DNA of 64,000 nt from Raillietiella orientalis. Lineage: Eukaryota. Below the pieces are notes generated by a model. The model was not told the origin of the DNA and did no database searches. It was given only the letters and a program-made list of their open reading frames with translations. The translations under genes were made by a program, and so were the position numbers. How positions within the stretch are numbered: the first letter of the stretch is position 1; the number at the start of each line of letters is the position of its first letter. Shown in pieces: positions 1 through 11,400 of the stretch. The DNA is taken from NCBI GenBank assembly GCA_036172245.1, contig JAYWIR010000032.1, forward strand, positions 1,550,001 to 1,614,000, in the 5' to 3' direction.

Positions 1-204
1 CGCAAGAGAGCCACACTCGCAGGGAAATGTTCGCTTGTCATGCGAACAGCGGATTGAGTGTTGCCGCGAACGTCATGGGACTGACTGACCATCTGAGGCA
101 GCAAACAAAAACACCTGCGAGCGTTCAGCATATAACCCACACGTCCCGTACATCCGGCCGAACACCGATTCCTGAAACGCGTCTTCGACTGGTTCAGCAT
201 CGAG

Positions 205-1686
205 ATGTTTTTGGCCTTGGTGCTGCTCGTGGTGGCTGCTGAAGGTGAGTACGGAGAACGCTCAACCCACCCTCTTCCTCTCCTTCGCGTCGCTCACCGC
301 ACTTCCCCGTGAAACACGAAATGCTCCCCTGATGCTCAGATTTCTTCCTCTGATGCTTCGGACGGACGTAGGAGGAAGAGGGGCGAACTGTACTGTAAGA
401 TGCTGCCGCTTGGCTCGCGGTCTTGAAATGCGCGCTCACTCGTTGCCAAAAGAAGTGCCGAATTTCATCCTCTTGTAACTCTCATCCATGTTGTTTAGCC
501 CCATTCAGTGACGGACGTTCCAATGGAGAAACACAGCTCCCTGAAATTTCCTTTCTGGGAGAGCTCAAACCCAGGAGTTCTGAAAGTCAAGTGCAGAAAG
601 TGCTAGGATCCTTGGACAAAGTGTCTCCAGAGTGCAATCTCCAACAAATAGCTCGAAATTTAACGGATAACTACGAAAAACTGAAGGGATATGTGGAAAA
701 ACTTGTAAAAGATCTATTAAATCTTCAATTCTCCCTATTTCTCGAAACATTATTGCTAATTTGGACGTGAGTATCCACATTCAAATGATGGCCCGCGATT
801 GCTGTATGAGTGTGTTTGGCGGCGTCCATGCAAGAGGACCGCTCGTTTTGGATGTCGTTTGAGTAGTTACCGGCTGAGCGAACACGACTGTGTTGTGGTT
901 GCGGAGTTTGCCTGCTGGCAAGGGATGGACTAGAGGATGGTGTGTCTTAGACTAACCTGAGAACCGCGTTCATTTGCCGGGCGAGTGCTGCGCAGGGGAG
1001 CAGACGACTGGGTGGTGCTCAAAGCCGAGTGGCTCGTGCAAGTGCAGACGTTCCTTCAGCGCATGCGTGAAGCAATCTGCGAGCGGCACTGCCAGGTCGT
1101 ACGGCTGTGTGGCTCAAGCGCCTCTCGTGAGACGTTGCATCCGCACCACGGAGCCACAAAATCCGCTTGGCGGATGGGAGGACGACCTGCGGAAGTCGTC
1201 GTGCGCAAGGCACCGTAAGATCTTTCCGAAAACAGTTGCCGCACCATCTGTCTAGCGGAAATGTGTCAGTGCCTCCTGACACTATTGCGAAGGCAGGACC
1301 TCGCTTTTCGTAGAAGTGTCAGCTCCGGGAAGGAAAAACGGGGAGTTTGACATGGAAACCTCTAAGGAGAACGAATCTGTACTTATCAAAGTACAATTTG
1401 TGCAACCTTCGTCGGTCGCGGGCTGCAGTCTCGCAGCTAGCGGGAACGAATGAGGTGGCGCACGTGCGTGCGCGTGTAACTGCAAAAGTTCGTGTGTACT
1501 CGAAATGTTTGACGCCACTACAACTGTTGATTTCTGCTTCCTTTCAGAACTCTTTTGGTACTGTTCAATCTCCTCCTTTTGCTACTCCTGGCCCTCTTTT
1601 GCATCCTATTGGAGTTATTGAAGAACCCATTAAAACTGACGCATCTCGCCCAACCACTTTTGCAACTGCTTGCAGCATTCACTTGA
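205..1686 (+). CDS. Unrecognised 3-exon gene (exons 205-244, 499-766, 1548-1686), ~148-aa protein with signal peptide and long Leu-rich hydrophobic segment
   Basis: ATG at 205 gives MFLALVLLVVAAE, then GAAG|GTGAGT (phase 1). Acceptor TTGTTTAG| at 498 is in matching phase and the frame stays open to GGAC|GTGAGT at 767 (phase 2). Acceptor CTTCCTTTCAG| at 1547 is in matching phase, giving TTLLVLFNLLLLLLLALFCILLELLKNPLKLTHLAQPLLQLLAAFT with TGA at 1684-1686. TATAAC at 131-136. Confidence 0.7.
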
Positions 1687-4600
1687 CAGAAGCTGCGGCT
1701 CTTCAAGTCAAGAGATGAAGGGAGATCATGTAGCACCGTTTCGAATATGTGAAAGAGTGCTGACAATCAATGAAAATGCAATCCTATATATTTGGTTTTG
1801 GGGGCGTCACTATTGGAAGGACCCTGGGACGTTTCTCTTGGGGAGTTGATCTCTGAGGGAAGCTGACAAAAAAAAAAAAAGGCAAGAGTTGGCATCAGCT
1901 ATGAGACAGGAAACAGGAGCGGGCCGAGCTGATCAGTTTCAATAACTATGCACGCGGATCTCCGGACGTAGACGACCGTCCCTTGAGAAAACCAAAGGAA
2001 AAGGTCACAGGTATGAGGAATCGCTTGAGAAACCAAATATCTTCCTAAATTCAACTGATGTCACTCCTGCCAGTATCGATTCCGTAGAGAGTTTAGTAGC
2101 ATGAGGGATGAGAGAGAGAACCCACTGACCGTGAGGACTCGTCGTGCGTGGTTATTGGACTCTTTCTTCAGTAGAAAATCTGAAAATCTTGTTTCTGCCT
2201 GATCAGAGCCTCCTCCATGGCTGCCGTGGTAGACTGGGTTACTTTCGTTCTGATTCCTGGATGCAAGGGGAAAAAAATTTTTTTCTTTCGCACTCACAGA
2301 GAAGACCGGCAATGTGACCAGCGTTTTCTCATTGCTGATGGAGCATATTCGACCTCTCTCATCCATGAGTGCATGTTTGAGATGACGCGGTGGTTCCGAC
2401 TGAAGGACCGGAAGACATGTATGCCAGTTCGTTTATCTGGGTTTCCAAGACCACTTTGCACATCTCAACGCATGCTGCTGAAAGAATGTCGGCTGAGGTT
2501 CACAAAAGCAGGCGTTCGCGCGTTGCTCATCCGTTTGCACGTGACCTCATGTCGTGTTCACCCTGTCCTCGCCATGTCTAAAGCAGCAACCATGAGAGAA
2601 TAGAGGAATCCTTGGTCGATGAAACGTGGCTGCTCACTGAGAGAACATGAGGTAGAAAATAGCTCGCGATGCAGCAATACCGTCAGTGTTTGGCCACACA
2701 GTGCCATCATGAGTCATCTCGAAAGCTGTCCCAACGCGTATTCGATCGAGCTCGCTAATGCTTGCCTCAACTCACCGTCTTCAGCATGAGTGCGGGCATC
2801 CCAACAGCTACATTTGGGGGGCAATCTAAAAGGTTCCCATGGAAGCGGAACTCTGTTTTGTTATGATCCACTGCGAAGACAACCACATGTTGTATCGAAC
2901 CCCCGGTCCATGTTTCAAAGTCCGCACTGTCTCGTGTTCGCGCTCGCAGTTTTGCGATGCGCAACTCGAAGGTCACGACAACCCGTCCAACTGCCAGTGG
3001 ACCGCCCCACAGGTCCATGTTTCGCGCGCAACGTTCCTCACCGAAAGAGTCCAAGTCCTCTTGGACCGTTGACACACGTGCGACGCTGGAGAAGCATGCC
3101 GATCCTTTGGAGGTGACCCCCAGGGAGCAGCAGTGCACGAATGTTTCTGCGGTACCAGGAGCAGCTGCTGCAGCGCTTAGCTGATGCGACCTCGGTATGG
3201 AATCTTACCGTGTCCCCATCCTGCTAACCTTTCCTAGTCTCTTCGCAGTTCCGCCTTGCAGCTCGAGTCGGGGAAGGAACTGTTTTTCACCAACCTTTCA
3301 TGGATTCGGTCATCTATAGGCCTGGAGGCGGGTAAAATGGAAAACAAGCCGATGGTTTGTTACTGCCCAGCAGGGAAGACGTCTTCCGGTGATCTGTTAA
3401 ACCTGAAAGACATACAGAATCGTTTTTTTTTTTCCACAGTGTTACCGATGAAACCTTCCTGTAAGCAGTTTGTTGACTCCATCCCACAGTTTGTTGTCTG
3501 GTCACTCCAGAGCGTTTATTCGAAAGAAATAAACAATCAATCTGGAGACACAGTTCCCAGAAAGGAAAGAAAGCAAAAGATAGGGCAGTACGAGGAAACG
3601 GTTTCAAGCATCGCAGGTCGATCCCCTGAGGCAGTGCGAAACGAGAGGGGAGGGGACAATAAATGAATGAACAAAAGGAGGAAAGGAACGGCGGTCTTTG
3701 GCATTCTTCTCTTCTTCGTTGCTCAGAACAGGCACAGAATGCCAATCATCTCCGACTGGACTCCTTCCTCCAGGTGAGCCGTCCACACGTGGACCGCTGC
3801 TCCCGAGACTCCAGCAACTGGCGGGCTGAGACGATGGTGCACATCGTCGCGATTCCGGCGCCTGAGGAGAGTCCATCCGTGAGAAAAGAATGGCCGCAGA
3901 CAGTATTTAGCTTCCTCGAATCCTGGGAAAGCGTGCCGTCTCCCAGCGAGAATTCCCCAATCATAGAGAGCAAAGTGGCAAGCGAGCTCGAAGGATGGAG
4001 ACTCCTTCACGTTATACACGCCAATAGGCGCTTCCTCAGGAACGTCGCGCCTCGGTGGGCTTCCCTGTGCAAAAGCGACATCCACGACCTTCGTACATGC
4101 ATCAAGGGTGCAGAAGACGGAGTCATCTGTCAGTTTATACTCTCCATCGGGATTTCTTATGCTCGCGGCATTCTTCCTATTCACCTGACCACGAGAGTGA
4201 CTCGACCGACGTCTGCAATTTCTTTGCTTCTCTGATGCTTCTTCCCTCCTCAGTCCTGACCTTTTGTTCCTTTGTACATCTTGAGGATGTGAGCCCGCTA
4301 CAGGATGTGGTTTACTTGCTCACCGTAGGGATTAGGATTTCGGACCCCAACGGCGTCCAATTTCCACTCCGTCGTCTGATGGTGGACCATCCCAGGGAAG
4401 TGAAGATCATCCGCATCGTCAGGGTGCGCAAGGCACGCCGGCTTCTTCCGTTGTGCTGCCTGCCGTGAACCCCGGAGAGATGCAGGCCACCCACACCGAC
4501 CTCCTGCTGGCGACGACGCACGTCTTCCCAAGCTGGCGAGGGATGCAAATTGCGTGACCATCCGCAGCTCATCCTGCGGCGCTTCCGCGGCCCCCAGGGG

Positions 4601-5219
4601 GTGAAGGAGCGCTCACAACAAACCGAAGGCAGAGTCGGAGCGGGAGCGATTCCTACAGAGGCAGCAGTACGTGGTGCCATCGGCTTCCTCGAGAAAGTGA
4701 GCGCGCAGCTTCAATCGCGCTCCGCAGGCTGTCACCTCAGTGTTCGGAGGCGGGGGATCCCGCTTCGTCATGATCGGGAGGAGCTGAGCACTTGCAGATG
4801 AGGTTACGTCGCTGCGCGCGTGATGACGTACGGCCGAACCAGATCATCCGGTGACTTTGAATAAACCTAGGAGCCTCGCTGGAAAGTTATCCACGGCCGA
4901 CAGATGTGTCTGCATAGGTAAGCAGCATGGCGGTTGCGCCACGCTGCGTACTAAGGTTAAAGGTCACCGCTGTCTGCCAAGCCAAATCGTGAAAATTGCG
5001 CAGCTGCATTCGTGTCAGCTCTGTGCAGATGAACGAACACTTCGTGGGCCGCGGAACCGAGGGATTTCTCTGCAGCCTCCTCATCCGAGGGCCCGGAGAT
5101 ATTCCGTGAATGATGCCAGCCAGTGGCTTTCCAGGCTGCGGCTTACGGACCTGCGGCAGGTGATCTTTTCCATGAGCAGCTCTGGGAAGCTTCCGCGCAA
5201 CTCCGGCTGAGAGCAATAA

Positions 5220-6145
5220 GCCACAGTCGTATTTGGTAGCCCCTAGGAGAGACAACGGAGGTTCATAGGGACAAAAAGTCCCGGAGGGACCCGGGGAAGA
5301 GGACTGTGGTGGTGTGCTTTAGGTCGCATTCCACCGAAATCAGTAGCACAAGTAGTGTGCTGTGATCCACGAGCGTCAGTGTGTCCGCGCCTCAGCTGCC
5401 TTGCCTGCATCTGGTTCCGAATGTCTTTCTTTTCAACAGTTTCACAGTTCCGAATTGGAACGCGCTCCCGTAATCGATGTTTCCAGTGTCTCAGTCGAAC
5501 GTCGGTGCGTCGGTGCAACCAGCGCGCGAACCTTGTTTCCGGGGAAACTGCCTCCCCGAACTGTGGCCGGTGCGGAGAAGCGGAAACGCTCCCGCATCTG
5601 CTCCTCGACTGCGGTGTCCTCCAAGAACTGTGGCGGATGCTGGCTTCAGCGCTCCGGCACCGAGGAAACACCGCACGGATTTTAATGAGCCGCTTTTTCA
5701 CGCCGGGCTGCCTGTGGTTAGCTGCGGTGGTTGCGACGATCTGCTGCATCCGCGCCATCGTCAAGGCCGCCGAAAATTGGAGTCGCTGGTCATTTACCGA
5801 GACGTCACCGGAATTGCCGACGAGAACATGACGTCCGCTGCCACGTGGCCTCATCTTCCAGAAGACGTCAGGGAGGAAATCTCCGGCATCCAACATCGGT
5901 TCTGAAACCAACGAACTGCGCAGACCAAAGACCCCAGTCTCCAACTCCCTCCATATCATTCATACGTTTTGATATATTTTCTTGTGGCCTTCTCCCTACC
6001 GTTCCGGACGTCCCGAATTACCGACCAGCGTGTCGGTGTTCCCCTCTTTCGTTCTTCTGGAAACCCCTGGTCTGGGGACTTTTTTTCTGGGATAGTTTCC
6101 AATAAACGCCCTGGCGCATCCGGGTGGGAAAACGTAGGTGCCGTC
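5220..6145 (+). mobile_element. Decayed L1/Tx1-like non-LTR retrotransposon 3' fragment (zf-RVT-like motif plus 3' UTR), in left arm
   Basis: CGRCGEAETLPHLLLDCGVLQELW from 5562 (CxxC...HxxxxC of the L1/Tx1 ORF2 C-terminus), a pyrimidine-rich UTR, and AATAAACGCC at 6101. Boundaries approximate. Confidence 0.7.
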
Positions 6146-8314
6146 AACACCATGAAACCGTGCGTGACTTGCCGACTCACCAGAAAAAACCACCAAGGAT
6201 GGAAAGTGCTGGACAAATGAGCGTAGAGGAGTTATTCTACCGAAGAAATACGGACGAAAGGAATGTCGACAAAACCGAAAGGTCATTTTCACACACGGAC
6301 CGCATCCTCTGAAGTCATTGGATCCATTCTGCAGAAGAACAGAGTTACTTCGGAAGCTGTTGCGGATGGAATTCTCCTTTACAAAATCCAGGGTCAACTA
6401 ACGCATGCAGGAAACTGGTTTCGAGGCAGAATGGACCATCGCCTGCAAAGGGGATGGACGCGTTAAACCCTGTGGGTAAGGGTGGCGGGAAACAGGTGAA
6501 GAGCACCATCTAGCTGATGGGTAAAGGGGAAGGCGTACCACGACTCCTAGAAAAGAAAGTCATCCCTGCGAAATGAAAACTGCTGGAGAGAATGCATGCG
6601 TCACTTCCAGCATATCGCCAAACACTGAAAATGAGAAATGGGCATCAGCAAAAGATGAAGTCGGGGATCTTGTTGAAGAAGCGCTGAGGAGCCGTCGTCA
6701 GATTTCCATCCGGAAGTTTCTTCGATGTAAAAAAATAAACAGTCAAGCTGGGAAGAAGGCATTTCCTGGATGCGGCCTCTCTCGTCCGCATACGCTGCCA
6801 TCCAGCGCACTCTACGTCTCCGCCCCTTTTTTATGCAGACGAGTGTAGGTCGCCTTTCCCCGATCACGCCAACGACTATTCAGCGCCCCTATAGACGCAA
6901 TCTGAGACGTGCGACGAGACCAATCCCTGACGGGCAACCTATGCAATGCACGGCTGATGCCCAAGCAGTTATCAGACATTCCGCCGATGCGCAGGCCGAG
7001 ATTTCTGAAAGTCCGGAACGGGAGGAGGAGACAAGGAATAAATAAATCAAAGTTGAGGGTGGAGACGCATGTCTTTGGTGCATTTCCTTACTCCTTGAAA
7101 AACCGGAAAGACTCCATAACGAGTGAGAGGAAGTAACTTTACAAACAGGAAGAAAGGGAAGAAACACACGGAAACAAAACAAAGGAAAGGTGAGGGCAAG
7201 GGATTTCATCTGCCACCGACGTTTTGTGCAAGCTGACATCCTGGATGTAGCGAAACAAGATCGGAGAGCTGGAAAAGAAGTGGAAAGTTCAAAGGTCACA
7301 GCGCATACGCGATTTTCGTCCAGCTTGAGCTCTCGTTTTGTTTTCCGCTGTGAGGAATTCTTCCGGCAGACGGTCGGGTCAAGCGGACCCCACCGCAAGT
7401 GCAGCTCGCACCCTCTGTGTCTGCGTGATTTTCGTCTCATTTACGGAAGAACCATCGATGCATCCTGACGATATCCAGTTCCTGGAAGCTGCTGTTTGGG
7501 TAGCAACGAACAATCTTCCGAACGACATGGCATCCTCCTCAGAAAGAACACACGTGATCTGGTGACTTCCGTTTCATGAAGTGTGCATCCCGACGATGAT
7601 AATGTGTGCATCATGATGTGTCCCGTGCTGTTTCCGAAGCTGCACATTTCATCCCGTGATCTCCGTTACAGTTTGGAAGCTGCTGCTGTAACGCAAATGA
7701 TTCGTACACCCGCAAGCAGACGCAATGTTTCTGGCACGTGCGCGGCTGTGGAAATGTTGTGCTGGTTAGCACACGAGGAAAAACACATCTCGTGACTTGC
7801 AGGACGATTGCATTCTGGAAATTCCCCCTCTGGCGCTTCCGTGATGCAGATGAGCTAAAATGTTCTTGTTGCTGAGTGCGTTGAACATTCTTCGCAGGAC
7901 GCGATCCTGATGGTCCCTCAGATCCCACGGAAAGGCTTCTTTACAGACTTTTAAAACTGCGGGCATTTGGCAAGAAGGCGGTCATCGAACAGGTTGTGCT
8001 GGTATCCAGGAACGGCGGAACTTCCGAAAAATTCCCATTTTCTTCCGGTACGGCGCGACGGAGGAAAAGTGACCCTGGAGTTACGTTTCCTCCCAAGATG
8101 AAGAGATCCGCGAATAGAGCCATCTCCACCATCAAGCACCAGCGAACAAACTGAACTGAGAATGGCCAGCGCTTCCCTCCCCGGCGCAATCCCTTGGGCA
8201 ACCTTTCCACGCACCCGGAGACCCCCTTCGAAACGGTCTTTTTAGAAATCTCAGTTTCCCGACCTGCATCTCGGACGAGCGTGGAGGAGGCAGCATCCAT
8301 AACTGCACCTAGGA

Positions 8315-8460
8315 TAGGACAAGTGTGCCCAAAGATGATTGCGCATTCCAGCAGCCGCCCTACTGCAACGACCGTGGAGAACATCGGTATTTGCGATGGC
8401 GACCGGAATCCAGTTGCTCAGGCGGCGCCCGTCTTTCCCCATCAGGGTAGCAGCTGGACT
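8315..8460 (-). mobile_element. Decayed LINE reverse transcriptase fragment (mirror copy ~21415-21560, + strand)
   Basis: TLMGKDGRRLSNWIPVAIANTD resembles the LIxKxG...NWRPIxLxNxD motif at the start of LINE RT domains. Confidence 0.55.
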
Positions 8461-11400
8461 CTGTCTGACCTGAAGGATGCAGCAGCATCTATCGATGCAC
8501 CGTGGACCCCGTTCTGCCTCAAGGAGATTGCCAAACTTCGAGCGCAGTTTGTCCGCTCCTCCCACTGCCCTCCGGAGGCGGCGCCAGTCTCGCTGTTCGG
8601 TCATCAAGACGACGAGAACATGCCCCTGTCAGTCTGCGCACGGTCGCCTCGAACAGCACTGGTCAGTATGCGCCCTTGTCGATACCGCTTCTTCTTACGG
8701 GCCACCTCTCGGAGGGACTGCTTGGCTGCATCTCTGACAGCGACACCGCGAGTTGTTGGGCGCTTCAAGACACTGTCCATGATGAAGGTGGCAGCTTCAA
8801 CGGATCGCTAGAGTTATCCGCTTCTTTCAGTGCCGCAAAGGTACTCGTTGGAAGCCATTGCGAGCAGGTGCAACACAACCGCTTCCGTCTTTCCCATTTC
8901 CCTTCGACCTGTTTCCAGTCACGTTCGGGATGCGTTCCCAGCATCGAGAGTCGTCGAAGGCTAAAAAAGAAGAAGGTTCGGATCGCAACCAACATCTGAC
9001 AGAGGCGTCGGTAGGATTCGCGCTTTCTGTATTATGCATCGAGCTGTGCTGAAAACTCCGATCCCGAGCGGTTTTCTCAAATATCTGTTCTCCCCAAACA
9101 CTGAGAACTTCGCCATTGCTCCCATGTCAACCTAAAGGTTAAAGCTCGTATGACCTCGGGTCTCCTTTCCGCAGTGGCATAATCCGGAGCGAACGAAATT
9201 GCCTTTCGGCGCGTCGCACGTGCTTCGGCGACTTCGTGTTCTTGATGCTGCATTGCAACTGGAAGAAAACCTCTCTGTAGGCGGAAAACACGCGTGTTCA
9301 GGGACGCTGCCACTCCTGATGTCTCACCCCAGGGACTCAAGCCTTGCAGCCAGCTTCTCGAATTCCCTCCAGAAGTTCGGGGGCTGCTCTCTATCTTTGA
9401 GTTTAGTTCCAAACTCTCCTCAAAGTGGAGAAGATTGTCCATCCTGGATGGAGACATTGCATGCAAGGAGCGCATCCAGCTGCTGACAAGCGAGGGTGAA
9501 GATGACCTGAAGTGTTCGATTTGCGGGAAAACGAAGCGCATTTCGAAGCTGCTTCTTAACTGTCAGTTTCCGCTGAACCAACCCCATCGCATTGCCAAAA
9601 GGCCTCTTCGAGCGCGATGTACGGCCACCAGATGAGCGCCTGCAAGCTCTTTGCCGCCTGAGCGTTATCATTTCTTGCCGCATTCGAGGCTGCGCAGAAT
9701 AAAGAGGACAGAGTAAACGCCATCCGCGGGGATGAAATCGCTCGTGACGATCGCCGAAAAATGGCTCCACCATGGAGACGAACGCTCTGAACGGCTGATA
9801 TCCCAGACGAGGACGAGGACATTGAACAGTGACTAACCATTCCATCTCCCTCCAAGAGAAACTTTTCCCGCCTTTCGTTTTTGTTCTTTGCGGTTGATGG
9901 TTTTGGGTTCTTCCCTTCCTTGTCGTTGCCGGAACCGAATTCGCCCATGTGCGTGCCGGCAACACGGCAGGTTCTATGCTGATCTCCCCAGAAGATGGTC
10001 GGAGTTCTTTCACTAAAAATCTATGTTGGATCCGTTTGTAAGAATTGCTCCGACGAATACGTGTGAAGAAGTTCCAACGGCGAGCAACGCACTCGTCCTT
10101 CAGAGTTCAGCAGATTCGCTGCATCGGATTGCCGAGATTGTGTCTCCACTGAGCGGCCTCTCACAAGGCTGCTTGCTGAAGAAAGAGAGAACTTCTAGGA
10201 AGGCTTCTCTGCGCGCTTCGCCTTGGGAATGACCTGCAGGAGATCTTTGAGATCTCCCGCATTTGGGCGATGTTGAGGACCGCTCAAATGGGAGAAGCAC
10301 GGAATCTTCAAGCCGAACCCGGTCCCTTCCTTTGTTTCTGAAACACTCCAAAACCTAGGTTGGGATCGGTTCATGGGCACACGAATGGTTGATGAAGCAT
10401 TCTCCAAATTTGCGTCTCCCGGTGCCAGCAGCGAGGAACCAGACCCGGACACCATCCTCGGTTGCTCCGACAAGATGAATTGTCTTTGCCCTCGTCGAAC
10501 CGCGACTGAACCGAAAAGGTCAGCACGAGGCCTGCCATGGGGATCAGCAGTGACTGCTTGTGCAACCGCGAAGGTCTTGGGTTGCTGGCGCAGCGCCAGC
10601 AGACCCAAGACCTTCGCGGACAGTGCAAGCAAACTAAGCAGGGACCCCTTCAACTCCCTTCCAAGTTGAACTTCGCAGTTCTACGATAGCAACGACGATT
10701 CCGCTGACAGCCATGCTCCTGACAATCTGGCTGGGCATAGCCTCCGGCAATTCGAACGTGGAAGCGACGAGCAGCCGCGCACCCCGCAGCCACCCATTAC
10801 TCCGGCATGCTTCCGGGTGCGCAAGGGCGAACTTCGTCCCACAAAAAGATGCGCGTAATGCGTATTCAAAGGGCAGGACGAAGATCATCATCACGTGCAG
10901 CTCACTGAGATGCTTGGGGGTTGCGCGAGGGCAGATTCGGTAGCAAGGAATCCCCTTCGCTCCTTTACTCTTTGCAGCCCGCTACAAAAGAGACACGCGG
11001 AAGCTGATTCCGATAGAGAGATGCCCGAAATCTGCCAAGCCACCTCCGTTTGACAAGGAGCATGAGGAGCGGTCCTTCGGCGAGCATCCACGATGCCACC
11101 GGGTTTTCCAGTGACCGCTCCAGTCGTCAGCTTCAACCCAGATTTTTGCCCCGAAGATCCCAGCGAAAGGACAGGGCTCGAGCGCGACCCTGCGAACGTG
11201 CGGAGGGGTGGATGGATCTTCCGTCGCTGCAGCAAACGCAGGTGGTGGCCGAGGAGCACTCAGCTATCGGATCAGTCGCACCGGGTTGCCACGGCGCGTA
11301 CCTACTCGGGGCGCGTCCGCCCTCCGAGCACAGGAAAAGTAGACAGCAGCGCTCCACTCGAGAGTTGGCAGACGCTGGAGCCCTCCGCTGCCGAGCCAGT

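Larger units (their letters stand above)
3913..11274 (+). repeat. Left arm of a ~7.4-kb inverted repeat
   Basis: Reverse complement of 18598-25967. Mirrored ORFs have near-constant coordinate sums (29880, 29878, 29875, 29872) and mostly identical translations. Both ends were read base by base. Confidence 0.97.
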
